Shown in pieces: positions 10,056 to 22,829 of a stretch of 64,000 bases of DNA. The stretch covers positions 178,500,001 through 178,564,000 of the forward strand of contig CM059425.1 in assembly GCA_030390025.1 (NCBI GenBank), written 5' to 3'. This DNA comes from Squalus acanthias. Taxonomy: Eukaryota. The notes under the pieces are model-generated. The model was given only the letters and a program-made list of their open reading frames with translations. It made no database searches and was not told where the DNA came from. Position 1 is the stretch's first letter. Every line of letters starts with the position of its first letter. The position numbers were made by a program, and so were the translations under genes.

Positions 10056-11005
10056 ATGGCAGGGCAGCTCGGCAGCATGGAGTGCTCCTCCTGCGCTATG
10101 TGGGAAGTCAGGGACACTTTCGGTGTCCAGGGCGAACACAAATGCAGGAAGTGTCTCCAGCTGCAACTACTTGAAATCCGCGTTTCAGAGCTGGAGCTGC
10201 GGCTGGAGTCACTGTGGAGCATCCGCGAGGCTGAGATCTACGTGGCTAGCATGTTTAACGAGGTGGTCACACCGCAGGTAAAGAGTGCACAGACAGACAG
10301 GAAATGGGTGACTGCCAGACAGAGTAAAAGAACTAGGAAGGTAGTGCAGGAGTCCCCTGGGTCCATCTCTCTCTCCAACAGATTTTCCATTTTGGATACT
10401 GCTGGGGGAGATGGTTTCTCAGGGGAATGCAGCAAGAGCCAAGTCCATGGCAGTACGAGTGGCTCAGCTGCACAGGAGGGGAGGAAAATGAGTGGAGAGC
10501 AATAGTGATAGGGGATTCTATCGTAAGAGGAACAGATAGACATTTCTGTGGCCGCAGACGTGACTCCAGGATGGTATGTTGCCTCCCTGGTGCCAGGGTC
10601 AAGGATGTCACTGAGCAGCTGCAGGACATTCTGAAGGGGGAGGGTGAACAGCCAGAGGTCGTGGTCCATATCGGTACCAACGACATAGGTAGAAAGAGGG
10701 ACGAGGTCCTGCAAGCAGAATAGAGGGAGCTAGAAAATAAATTAAAAAGCAGGACCTCAAAGGTAGTAATCTCAGGATTACTCCCAGTGCCACATGCTAG
10801 CAAGAGCAGAAATAGGAGAATAGACCAGATGAATGTGTGGCTGGAGAGATGGTGTAGGAGGGAGGGATTTAAATTCCTGAGGCATTGGGACCGGTTCTGG
10901 GGAAGGTGGGACCTGTACAAACTGGACGGGTTACACCTCGGCAGAACCGGGACCAATATCCTTGCAGGGGGATTTGCTAGTCCTGTTGTGAAGGATTTAA
11001 ACTAG
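10056..11005 (+). pseudogene. CR1 ORF1 (CxxC...CxxC zinc finger, coiled coil, SGNH esterase); frameshift near 10490 and stop at 10721
   Basis: CSSC...CRKC, leucine heptads, then IVIGDSIVRG, CLPGA, HIGTND and DGLH esterase blocks across ORFs 10056, 10427 and 10787. Confidence 0.9.
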
Positions 11006-11159
11006 TTCGTCAGGGGGCTAGGAACCTAAGTGTGGGCTCAGAACAGAGAGAAACAAAGCTGGAAGTGCAAGTTAAAAAAGTAGTCAGCAAAACTAGTAGG
11101 GAGCAGAAACAAAGGCTAACAGTAAAGAGGGTCAAAGTGCAGAAAAATATTAAACAGGC

Positions 11160-13982
11160 AAAGTTGAAGGCACTTTATCTAAATGCACGTAGCATTCGCA
11201 ACAAGGTGGATGAATTAATGGCACAAATAGAAGTAAATAGGTATGATGTAATTGCCATTACGGAGACATGGTTGCAGGGTAACCAAAGCTGGGAACTGAA
11301 TGTTCCAGGGTACTCAACATTTAGGAAGGACAGACAAAAAGGAAAAGGAGGTGGGGTAGCGCTGTTAATAAGGGATAAGATTGGTACGGTAGAGATAAAA
11401 GATCTTGGCTCGGCAGATCGTGATGTAGAACTGGAATCAGTTTGGGTGGAGCTAAGAAACAGCAAAGGGCGGAAAACATTGGTGGGAGTTGTGTATAGGC
11501 CACCAAACAGTAGTGGTAATGTAGGGCACCGTATCAATCAAGAAATTAGAAGTGCATGTAACAAGGCCAATATGGTAATCATGGGGGACTTTAATCTACA
11601 TATTGACTGGGCAAATCAAATTATCACTAATGGTGTGGAGGACAAATTCTTGGAATGCATGCGAGATGGTTTCCTGGATCAGTATGTGGAGGAACCTACC
11701 AGGGAACAGGCTATTCTGGATCTGGTACTGTGTAATGAGAAAGGGCTAATCAATAATCTTGTGGTAAAGGGGCCTTTAGGGACAAGTGACCACAATATGA
11801 TTGAATTTTACATTAAGTTTGAGAGTGATGTAGTCCAATCTGAAACCAAGGTCTTCAATCTAAACAGAGGAAACTACAAGGGTATGAGGGACAAGTTGGT
11901 CATGGTAGATTGGGAGACTACACTAAAAGGTATGAAGGTGGACATACAATGGCTAACATTCAAGGAAAATGCATAATTTGCAACAAACATATATTCCTCT
12001 AGGGCATAAAAACTCAAAAGGAAAAGTGATCCAACCATGGCTAACAAAAGAAATTAAAGCTAGTATTAAGTCAAAGGAGGAAGCTTATAAAGTTGCCAGA
12101 AAAAGCGGTCAGCCTGAGGATTGGGATCTTTTTAGAAATCAGCAAAGGGGGACCAAGAAATTGATAAAGAAAGGGAAAATGGAATATGAGCACAAACTAG
12201 CGAAAAATATAAAAATGGATTGTATAAGCTTCTATAGGTATGTGAAAAGGATAAGACTGGCGAAGGTAAATGTAAGTCCTTTACAGTCAGAGATGGGAGA
12301 ATTTATAATGGGGAATGAGGAAATGGCAGAAAAATGAAATAAATACTTTGTTTCTGTCTTCACGGAGGAAGACACAAAAAACCTCCCAGAAATACAAGAA
12401 AACCAAGGGTGTGGCAAAAATGAGGAACTTAAAGAAATTATTATTAGTAAAAAAACAGTACTATCAAAATTAATGGGACTAAAAGTCAATAAATCCCAAG
12501 GACCAGATGACCTACATCCTAGGGTTTTGAAAGAGGTGGCCATTGGGATAGTGGACGCATTGGTTGTCATCTTCCAAAATTCTATAGATTCTGGAACGGT
12601 TCCTACAGATTGAAGAATAGCAAATGTAACCCCGTTATTTAAGAAAGGAGGGAGAGCGAAAATGGGGAACTACAGACCTGTTAGCCTCACATCAGTAGTT
12701 GGGGAAATGCTGGCATCTATTATAAAGGATGCAATAACTGGGCACTTAGAAACTAATAGTAAGATTGGGCAGAGTCAACATGGATTTATGAAAGGGAAGT
12801 CCTGTTTGACAAACCTATTGGAGTTCTTTGAGGATGTAACTAGTGGAGTAGACAAAGGGGAACCGGTAGATGTGGGTGTATTTGGATTTTCAGAAGGCCT
12901 TCGATAAGATCCCACACAAGAGGTTGGTGAACAAAATTAGGGCACATGGAATTGGGGGTTATATACTAGCATGGATTGAGAATTGGTTAACAGACAGAAA
13001 ACAAAGAGTAGGGATAAACGGGTCTTTTTCAGGATGGCAGGCTGTGACTAGTGGGGTACCGCAAGGATCAGTGCTTGAGCCCCAGCTATTCACAATCTAT
13101 ATCAATGATTTGGAAGAGGGGACTAAATGTAACATTTCCAAATTTGCTGATGATACAAAGCTAGGTGGCAGTGTCAGTTCTGAAGAGGATGTGAAGAGGC
13201 TTCAAGGGAATCTCGACAGGCTCAGTGAGTGGGCGAGAACATGGCCGATGGAATATAATGTGGATAAATGTGAAGTTATCCACTTTGGTAGAAAAAACAG
13301 AAAGGCAGAGTATTTTCTAAATGGTGAAAGATTGGGGAATGCAGATGCTCAAAGGGACCTGGGTGTCCTTGTACATGAGTCACTGAAAGTGAATGTGCAG
13401 GTGCAGCAAGCCATTAGGAAAGCAAATGGTATGCTGGCCTTCATTACAAGAGGATTTGAGTACAGGAGTAAAGAAATCTTACTCCAATTATATAGGGCCT
13501 TGGTGAGACCACACCTGGAGTACTGTGTACAATTTTGGTCTCCTTACCTAAGGAAGGATATACTTGCCATAGAGGGAGTGCAACGAAGGTTCACGAGATT
13601 GATTCCTGGGATGGCGGGACTGTCGTATGAGAAGAGATTGAGTAAACTAGGCCTGTATTCTCTTGAATTCAGAAGAATGAGAGGGGATCTCATTGAAGCA
13701 TACAAAATTATTACAGGGCTTGATAGGGTGGATGCTGGGAGAATGTTTCCCTTGGCTGGGGAGTCTAGAACCAGGGGCCACAGCCTCAGGATAAAGGGCA
13801 GGCCATTCAGGACTGAGATGAGAAGAAATTTCTTCACACAGAGGGTGGTGAATCTTTGGAATTCTCTACCCCAGAGGGCTGTGGAGGCTCAGTCATTGGG
13901 TATATTCAAAACAGAAGTCGATAGATTTCTGACTAGTAAGGGCATCAAGGGATATGGCGATAGGGCTGGTGAATGGAGTTGA
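11160..13982 (+). pseudogene. CR1 ORF2 (APE endonuclease plus RT), disrupted
   Basis: YLNARS, ITETW, YRPP, GDFN, SDH (EN); NYRPVSL, DFQKAFD, GVPQGS, FADD (RT). Breaks near 11970, 12335, 12611 and 12873. Confidence 0.93.
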
Positions 13983-14348
13983 GGCAGAAGATTAGCCATG
14001 ATCTCATTGAAGGGCCGAATGGCCTACTCCTGCTCCTATTTCTTATGTTCTTATGGATTCTCCTGATCAGCTGCCATAACTTTGAGGAAAAGCCCGGACA
14101 GATGCATAAACAAGGTTTAAACTAATCTTCCGCTGAAGCTACAGTGGTCAATTGGAGAACCCCTGTGGAAGTTCCTAGTGAGTGCTAGACTTCCTCGCTT
14201 GACACACTAAATTTTCAAATATATACAGAATTTTTGACTGGTTCAGTTTGTATTTGACCATTCCTTATTGAATTTGAGTGGCTACTCATTCAAAACTCCA
14301 GGAAGTACCAGTGACTTTATTACAGCAATCAAGAATATTAGACACAAA

Positions 14349-15182
14349 GGGCTGGATTTTCAATGACCCGTGGAGTCGGGTTTGGAGGCGGGGTGGGGGG
14401 TTAAAGTTGCAGATTCGGGGGTCCCGACCCCATCACGCCTCCATGCCAGTTTCTCTGGCGGCGGGTACCCGACCTGTTCTGAGACCCGACTCCCCGAGGC
14501 GGGAAGGGATTAGTGACAATTAACTGCCTGTTAACAGGTAGTTAACAGACAGTTTTTTGCATAATCCCTATTTTAAAAAGAAAAGTGTGGGCTTCCCGAC
14601 AGGTGGCAACCACGCCAAGTTATCGGGGCGGGCCGTGGGTCTGCAGGGGTTGGAGGGGTCGATATGTCCGGTGGGCAGGTGAGTGATGGGTGCATGTGTG
14701 CACAGGTAAGTGTGTAAGGTATGTGCTAAGTGTTGGAAAAAGTTTTACTTACCTTAACTTCCTCCTGCAGGTGTCAGCCCTTCAATTCTCGAGAGTTAGA
14801 AATCTCACCGGTACAGAAAGCAGGAAAGCCGTGGTTCTGTCAGAAACTGCAGCCTTCTGTTTTCTGTGCTGGAATGATTTCTAACTCAGCCTGAGAGGAA
14901 GGACTGAAGTTAGAAATCATATTGTGAGTGTTTGACAGCTTCACAGAGCTGTCAAACGCTGATATATCATCTGTCAAAAGCTCTTGACAGATGAAATGTC
15001 AGTCTGTGACGTCACCTGTTGCCGGGTGGCCCTTAATTGGCCTGCTGAGCCCACTGGGCGGGCTCAACAAGGTCAATCAAGGGAAAATACAGTGGGTTGG
15101 CCACATCGCGATGGAGGCGGGTTCACAAGCCAGAATGTGTGATTCCCGACCCCAACCCGACCCCAGATTCAAAATCCAGCCC
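14349..15182. mobile_element. Non-autonomous PIF/Harbinger-like MITE (family H1, copy 2)
   Basis: TIRs GGGCTGGATTTT / AAAATCCAGCCC; AAA on both flanks; shares blocks with 3371-4185 (CCTGTTAACAGGTAGTTAACAG, GTGTGGGCTTCCCGA, AACAAGGTCAATCAAGGGAAAATA). Confidence 0.88.
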
Positions 15183-17269
15183 AAAGTGACCAACTGACCA
15201 CCTCACTCTAATGGAACCTGGATGAGAATTACAGCCTTCAAACTATCTCTGGCACTTTCATACATCCTCTATCTATTTATGATACTATTAATATTGTGCT
15301 TGACAGTACTCTCACATTGTATCGTTCTCAGAAACTGGGGCGGGTTTGGATATAGATTACTTTGTTGCTAAGATCCCCTCACCATTGCCATCCTGCCGCT
15401 CCATGACCCAAGGCCTGGATGGCATAGCTTAAATAATGCATCTTTTAGTTGGAACCTGGAGAGACCTGTGTTAAAGACACTATCAATAGGCTGTAAAAAA
15501 AAAATCAGGCAATATATTGTCCCTTTTAAACACAACACAAAACAAGGATGTAAATCTTGGACAGCTTATGAGTTCAGCTTGATTTGGATCCATATTACTG
15601 TTGTGTTTTGTATGATCAAAAGACTTTTATGTACAGTATGTAACATTCTTTGGAAAAAAAATTCAGGAAACATACAACTGATTTTAAAAAGTGAAATTCA
15701 AACAATGAACCACAGTAAAGTTATGATCACTTGATGTTGTCTCCCAGCATAGTAATGAGAATGCTGAATCATCCTACTCAAAGGCATTTCAAGGAACATA
15801 CCTTATAGTTTCTGCAGGATGGGTTGAAAGCATTTGTCCCACAGACGAATAAGGTGTCATCATTTCTTTTCAGAAGCAACTTAATGAAATTGTGACATTC
15901 ATCCTAAACCAGCAAAAAATTGCTATGTTATAGTCAGCTTACAATACAAGTATGTTTCATTACACAATCACTATTGTGAACTGTGCCTCTAAACCTTTAT
16001 GCACAGCTGAACAGCAAGATGTTATTTTCCTCCTCTAAGGATTCACTATTATAGCTAATAAAGCCATCAACAGGGGAACCCATTAGGAGTTACCTGATAA
16101 AGCCAATGAATCACATTAATGACAGAATCAGAGGTCGATCAGAGATCATGTTATACGATAAGACACAGAATCTACACTGAAGTGGCATCAATTAAGGAAA
16201 TAACGCCCGCTTACCTTATGCTTTCCCTTCATTCTGCATATGTCTATGTCAGCTTGTTTAGATCGCCATGTTAACTTCTGTGATGATGAAAAGAACCATC
16301 TCATTAGAACCAGGTAACGTCTTACACATCTTATTGGTTATCAATACAGAATACATAGCATCATATTCAGCTTTATGACTGCTGCAAAGAAAGGTAACAT
16401 GGTCCTTTAAAATACAGCAATATGTAAAAGTACAGCCAAATGACCATTTTGTTGAGTACTAACTAACAGTCTGTGTTGACTCATGGTTAACAATGTGCCT
16501 TGACATTGCTGTAGATGAATAAATTACTGCACTATATTCTATTTTAGTGAGATTTCATTTCCACTGGATTATTTGTTTTACAAACAGTGCAAAATAATCT
16601 AATAGTTAGAGATTTTAATCTGGTGCAAACAAGTTTACTTAACTGAATAAAATTTTTTGAAATACATATGCCTGTGCCTTATAAACAGACCATTAAGCGC
16701 TGAGATACATAGGGTCAGTCCAACCCGGACATTTGCAAATATGTAGTTTGTTTGCCAAAATGTGTTCCACTTGAATAAAGCCATCTCATAATGGCAGCCT
16801 ACAGGAATGTTGCTTTGAAATTTAATGTCGGGATTTATCTAAAACTTGCTTATACTAAAGATTTTAGTTGTCTCCGTCTAGCCCACACTTTATTGCCAGT
16901 TGTTTTCATTTACAGTAGTCGAGTCTTATCTGGGTTCTGCATATGGGGCCTCATGTTTAAACAGTGACAGCGTAGTCACAGAAACAAAGAAAACACACGC
17001 TACTTACTTTGTTAAAATTAATCTGCTCTGTGAAGGATGTATCCATTTCAACAGTGTAAATATGGTCTCTATAAATAGAACAAAAAATCTACATGTTCAT
17101 TTCAGGCTTTAACCACAGTCTGCAAAATCTTATCGCACTAAACAGACAGCAAGCCAGGAGGAGCAAATCATTCAATTTTAAATGCTTCACCACATAATAA
17201 TGCAACTATTACAAATACATTACAAAAGACTTTAGTCAATAGATTATTCATTAAAAAAAAGCAAATTGG

Positions 17270-17655
17270 TTTCCCAATAGCTCAGTTTACCCAGTGAGTA
17301 GCTGAGCCATACACAACAGGGGGAGCCCAGATTTGATCCCTAATCTGTGCTGGGGAGTTGCTGGTCCTGCTCACGGCCCAGAAATCCCTGTTAGAAGTGC
17401 ACATGAATGGCTATCAGGTGAGGACAGGACCTGTTTCTGCTGTGATCAGCCTCCTCGCCGCCCACCCTGACCCGCCTTGAACCCCCCCACCCCCCAGCCA
17501 TGGTCAAAATGCCTGCCACTGCTCACCATCCAGGCTCACAAATGAATAATGAGCATGTGGAGCGAGGTAGTTAAGGGCACGCATATTGTGTAGAACGCTA
17601 TCACAGCGAGGATATCACAGCGAGGATCAACGCCTTCAGAAGAGGAGGGTAAGAA
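17270..17655 (+). mobile_element. Old tRNA-headed SINE-like repeat (family S, unassigned)
   Basis: Shares blocks (GGCTCACAAATGAATAATG, CCTTCAGAAGAGGAGGG) with 19115-19360, 39900-40270 and 42560-43650, and inverted copies at 27670-28030, 45770-46000 and 55610-55830. Confidence 0.6.
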
Positions 17656-19114
17656 AAAAACATTGAACAGAAAATGTTTTTTTAAAACAATATTAAATGT
17701 TACGACAATTTCAAATGCATCAATTGTGAATCAAAAAGTGTGCAGTTTCCTATGCTCCCATTTTATAGATAAAATAACAATTAAAGATCTTTGTGGTCGT
17801 TAATGGTTTAATAGAAGCTGTGTGTCTTCCATCTCATTAGTGTCAGATTTACAGCAGAATTTCAGTTTTATGTGTTCCGCACTTCTTTCCAGCCATCTTT
17901 TCCAATCTCCACAAATGGAATCATGCGATCTATATGTTCTTATCAGGCAAATTAGAAACTCTAAGTACTGCTGGAAAGTTCCTGAAGGTTTTGATGTTAA
18001 CCTCTGAAGGTTAAACACAGCCTCTGCTGATAAGATCATTTCTACCAATGTAATAGTAGAAAAGGAGAGTCAGTATACAGCTGTACATCATATATAGAAT
18101 GGCCAGAGATGCAATTTCTAGCACCTACAGCACACCAAGTCTTTCCAACACAGAACACTGACAAGTACAATTAGATCTCCTTAATGTAATTGTATATAGA
18201 GAGGTGGACATCGGATACCAACCTGAAAGGAAGACTAACAGCGAATTTGAAACCTTTGGCTGTGCATTTTTAAAATTCACCCTTGCATATACCCTTAACT
18301 TGAAACCTTTCCCGAGGCGGTATCATCTGACTTTAAGCAATAAACAAAACACTGTTTATACTTGACAAGGACATGTTCAAAACAGCACGTTTCTTTATTC
18401 TAAATGTTAAAATAAAATTGCAACATCTACAATTGCAAAGCATTTTAAATCACGCTTTGAGCTTAATGCATTTCATCCACTCATTCAAAACCATACACAG
18501 ACACGTAGCCCATTGTGTTTGCTAAATTTTCCTTTGTGAAATGTCAAATTGCTTACATATTGCTGAGAACTGCACTTTCTTTACAAATACCCACCAATCT
18601 TCCTACAGGGGGAAACCATTAGCACATCAGGTGCAGGGCTATTTTTGAATTCTTCTGCATACATTCCCACTGTGAGAGCAGAATAGGCAGGCAGGCTTGC
18701 CTGGGAGGGGAGCGTGTCATTATCTGGAGCTGCTAAACACATTTCCTTACTTTCTTTTTGGGTGCCATTAAATGGATATCTGTGTGGACTCTTGACTGAT
18801 AAATGTATTTCAATGGTTACAATTTAGAAATGTAGTTGGCTTCAGGCACAGTAATTTATAGCTCTCCCATCATCCACTCTGTACAGAACTGTGGCAGACC
18901 TATTCAGTATAGCCAATTAATGAAATGGTCAGTTCTATATAGCACAGGCAGTTCATTAAATGTGTAGTCTCAACAAAAATAGTATTAATGTTACCTGAAA
19001 CTATACAATGGAAAATGCTTAAAGGGGCACCGCACCATCTTCATGAGACAAGAGTTTTTTTTTACAAAGCAATAAAAGGCTTTGTTAAATACACATGATA
19101 TGAATAAGATCAAA

Positions 19115-19360
19115 AAGTCCTGGTTCTGCTATCAGCCAGGGCAGTGGCAGAGCTGCTAAAATTGTTGTCAGCATCCTTGGGCTGGGCTAGTGGGGGAGGG
19201 GGCCGTGAGGGCAGGGGAAAGAGAAGAGGAAATTGCTAGGGTTCCTATTCCTGCTCACAAATGAAGAATTGCCACATGGATGAAATGCTGGAAGGGAACC
19301 AATACCCATGGAATGATATCTCAGCCAGCCCTTCAGGGGAGGAGGGAAGGGAAAATGGGC
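19115..19360 (+). mobile_element. Family S SINE-like fragment (internally deleted)
   Basis: CAGCCAGGGCAGTGG...AGGGTTCCTATTCCTG joined to GCTCACAAATGAAGAAT...CCTTCAGGGGAGGAGGG. Confidence 0.55.
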
Positions 19361-20471
19361 AGAGTGGATCATGTCACTGGTTTGTGATTTCACTTTAGAA
19401 TAAAATGACACATGGCTCTTCTCTTCAAAAGGCACAGCAAACAAACACTTTTTTCATCAAAACCTTTGTAGATGAAACACAAATAAACTTCAAAAGATAA
19501 CTCAAGGCCCTTCTGTGCCTTTAAAACTGATAATTTAAGAAGATTAACCTGCTTCTTTATAATATGTTCCAATATGCAGTCCACTGGAGATTAAGGCAAA
19601 TTTGGTTTCCTTTCATTTGTGCACTGCCAGTATTCACCTGCTATTGGTATTCTTGGATAGCTAAAACTATAGAACTTAAAAAGACACTATCATCACAAAT
19701 GATTGTTTGCAAACACAGTGCAACACTGTAAATTATGTTGAACAGCATCAGCTTGCAGGTGACATCATTGTGATGAAAGTGAGACAGCTTCTTCTCTCCT
19801 AGAACAAAATGAAAGCTTGCTCCCTTATTTTCATGATGACAGTGCCTCTTTTAAGTGTTGATGAAAACACAGAGCAGGTTATCTTTGCCCTAAAATGGTT
19901 TCCCTTAACTCTGTGGTTAATAAAACCAAACAGATATTAACTTTAATATAAAAGAAAACACTTTTTCAAACTGTCACAGGCCAGTGCATAAACCTGGTTA
20001 CTGTCCTGCCGAGAGAAAGATGTATTACTTGTCTTCCTTCCCTCCATTTTCTTTTTAATATTCTTTTTAGCTGTCCAATACTAATTGAGTTATGGAATCT
20101 CCCACAGCCCAAATAACTTTGCTTTTCCAGTCTCCAGCTTCAAAATTGAATTCAGTTTCCATAGTTTTATCTCAGGCAGTAAATTAACATCAGTATGCAA
20201 AAATGACCTTCTACAACCTGTACATATTCCCCCTACATCTGTGTAAGTTTAAAAAATGCATTGTGTCCTTATTTAAACAGGCAACGTCTTCATGAAACTT
20301 GAATTTATGTTTGGGGAGGAAGGAGTACCACAGTTACTTTTGGCATGATGACATCCCATGCAAGTGGCAGAACATGCTTGAGGGACTGAATTGCCTATTC
20401 GTGTTCCTATGTATGTGTGTGTATATATTTGAAACAACACTATAATATCTCTGCTGAGATCAGAGACTCAC

Positions 20472-20500
20472 CTTGTAAGGTATAACGGGCACAAAACCAT
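20472..20500 (-). CDS. Possible short coding first exon of an unidentified host gene (MVLCPLYLT, phase 2)
   Basis: Minus strand GAG-ATG-G Kozak context, 9 codons plus 2 nt, then AAG|GTGAGT consensus donor; lies in unique sequence; peptide not recognised. Confidence 0.25.
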
Positions 20501-22829
20501 CTCTTACTGTCGCACGGCACAGTGCTAACCAAGAGTTGAGCTTAAATTGTTCTATTTCTATGACATAAGCAGCCAGAGCCACTTTCTTTGAATTGGGAGA
20601 CTTCAGAACATTGGTCAGTAAATTAAGCCCAAGGGTTTGACAATTAGTGAAATAATACTGACCTAGCAGCAATGTAGAGTGTTCGATTCATTTTCACAAT
20701 CAGCTGGATGTCCAGCTTGTGTCTTTGTGTGTTATTTCGTCCTGGTTTGTGACCCAAAAATACCGGATATTGTTTTGTGTCTGTTAAGGGAGAAAGAATG
20801 TAACCACATTAACCCAATCAGCCTGAATTACAATTCCCACACTCAGCGCATCACTCTTTGTACCCCAAGGCAGTGAAGTAATATCACAGCAGATTTTACA
20901 AGCACTCATTCCTGTAATCCTTGATACAAGTCAGCAGGGACACTAATTCCGTCACAAGTTAAAAATTCTTGCTTGGGAGAGAATGACATTTTTTTTTCAC
21001 TGTGCTGTGTTAGAGGCATTTAACTAGCTCCAGACAGATGCATCATTTTTCAAAGTTCTCTCATTTATTTTTGGGTCTACACTTAAGTCAGCAAATGACA
21101 AATTTTATTTGAAGACTTACAGTTGCCATGTGCAATACTGATAGGCTCAGAGTCTTCGGGGAAACCAGCCCCAGCAAAATGTAGTAGCGAAAAATATAGC
21201 AGCAAGGCCTCAGACTTCATAGTAGCACAGCTAGCTTGCGTCTTTTATTTTCACTTAAGCCTGAAGAAAAAAGAAAAAAAAGCAGATGTCAGCTTTGTGC
21301 CCATTGATAGGTTTTGATATCACTGTGAAAGACTCGCAACAAGAAATAGTAGTATTTTGCACTACACATACAAGATGATTGCCCTCGAATTCCAAATGCT
21401 TTTCAGATACACATGGTTGTTTTTATATCAGACAATTCACACTACTGCAAAATAAACCTAACAGGAAGGAGTATGAAAAAATGAGAATGGAGTAAAATGG
21501 ACCAAAGACTTCAAACCTAGTGCCATTGTCTTGCTGGTGCTAGCTAACTGGAGAAAGCACTCTTTTGTGCCAAATTTAAATTATCAATTCAGAAATAGCA
21601 TTTAATTTAAATTCTTCTGGGCCCATTACAGTTCCGTACCTAAAACCAACACTGCAACATATTCAACAATTAATTCATTATGTATTAAAATCTTGAGTAA
21701 CGGTGTGAACTGCGCAGTCCAGAATGATGTCTACACATAAACTTACCTATCTGCCTTGGGATGACTATAGAGTCAGCACAAGAGACTGTCCAAATGCTAC
21801 TCTGACACAGACTGTAACCTCCATGGTTTGATAATAAAAGGTGCTAACAAGGCAGTGACGTCTGATATCACTGCAATTCTATTATCTTAGAGCAATATAT
21901 GCAAGTACGGCTCAATAGCTGTCATTTAAGCTCCTGCATTGCAAGGACTATTGTAAAGAGGGCAGATCTGATACTTATTGCAAATGACACCCAGAGACAC
22001 CCTCAGTCCAGCAGTCAGTGGTTAATAATGTAAACAAGACCTTCCTGAATTCATTAAATAACCCGTTTAGAGTTGCAAAAGGACATCAGGAGTCGCACGC
22101 CAATTTGGTCAAATCTGACCTTGACTTGGAATGTTACTTGTTCAAAACTCTGTGACCCTACAGCGACTCCTGAGTTGGCACAGACCCACCTCAGGCCCTG
22201 CTCTCGCACCCAAAACTGCTCTGATTCCTGGTCCCCAAGGAGGTGCATGAGCTCTGCTCTAAAATATCACAAATATGAAAACACACTCTCTGCCTCCAAA
22301 TGACTGCTCCTGCCCTCACAGAGATGGCTTGTCTTCTGCTTAGTGGTGTTTCCCCTTCCTACCATGGCCCAGTACAGGAGGCACAAGAGGAAATATGGAT
22401 TTATAAAGAAATAAATAGGACAAAATAGTAGATGCATGTAGTGTGACTGTGTTTTTTAAATATTGCATTTTTAATTCCATATTTCTTTTGCTGCTCCCCA
22501 AGCTGCAGGCAAATGAAGTAGGGGAATGAACACTGTGTGGCTGATAGCAGGAATGGTCAGGAAAGTGATGGCCATTTATTACCACCAGCTGGCTCCAAAA
22601 GCCCAGCTATTTAAGGAGCAATGTCCCAAAGCTGGTTAAGTACACAAATATCAGACGCTTATGCAAATTCCTTTGAACCCATTGTGGATTTACATATTAA
22701 TGGGGTATCAATATTTCAGCACAGATCATTTTCACACCAAACCTGAATTAAGGTACAAACTTAACATTATTGAATTATGATAATGATGCACTAAAATTCT
22801 ATATGTTCTTCAACTTGTCATCATGAGGG

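Larger units (their letters stand above)
9590..14055 (+). mobile_element. Near-full-length CR1 LINE (copy A); 5' boundary approximate
   Basis: 5'UTR, ORF1, ORF2 and a (TTCTTATG)n tail at 14039-14055. Confidence 0.92.

Noticed and set aside
9529..14070. TSD for CR1 copy A
   Set aside because: No convincing duplication found by eye, so the 5' boundary remains approximate.
17598..17626. 14-bp tandem duplication TATCACAGCGAGGA (similar event near 51430-51460)
   Set aside because: Ordinary slippage duplication.
17800..18222. Minus-strand acceptor-like TCTTCCTTTCAG at ~18222 and an 82-aa ORF
   Set aside because: No coherent reading frame from the acceptor, no donor, no recognisable protein.
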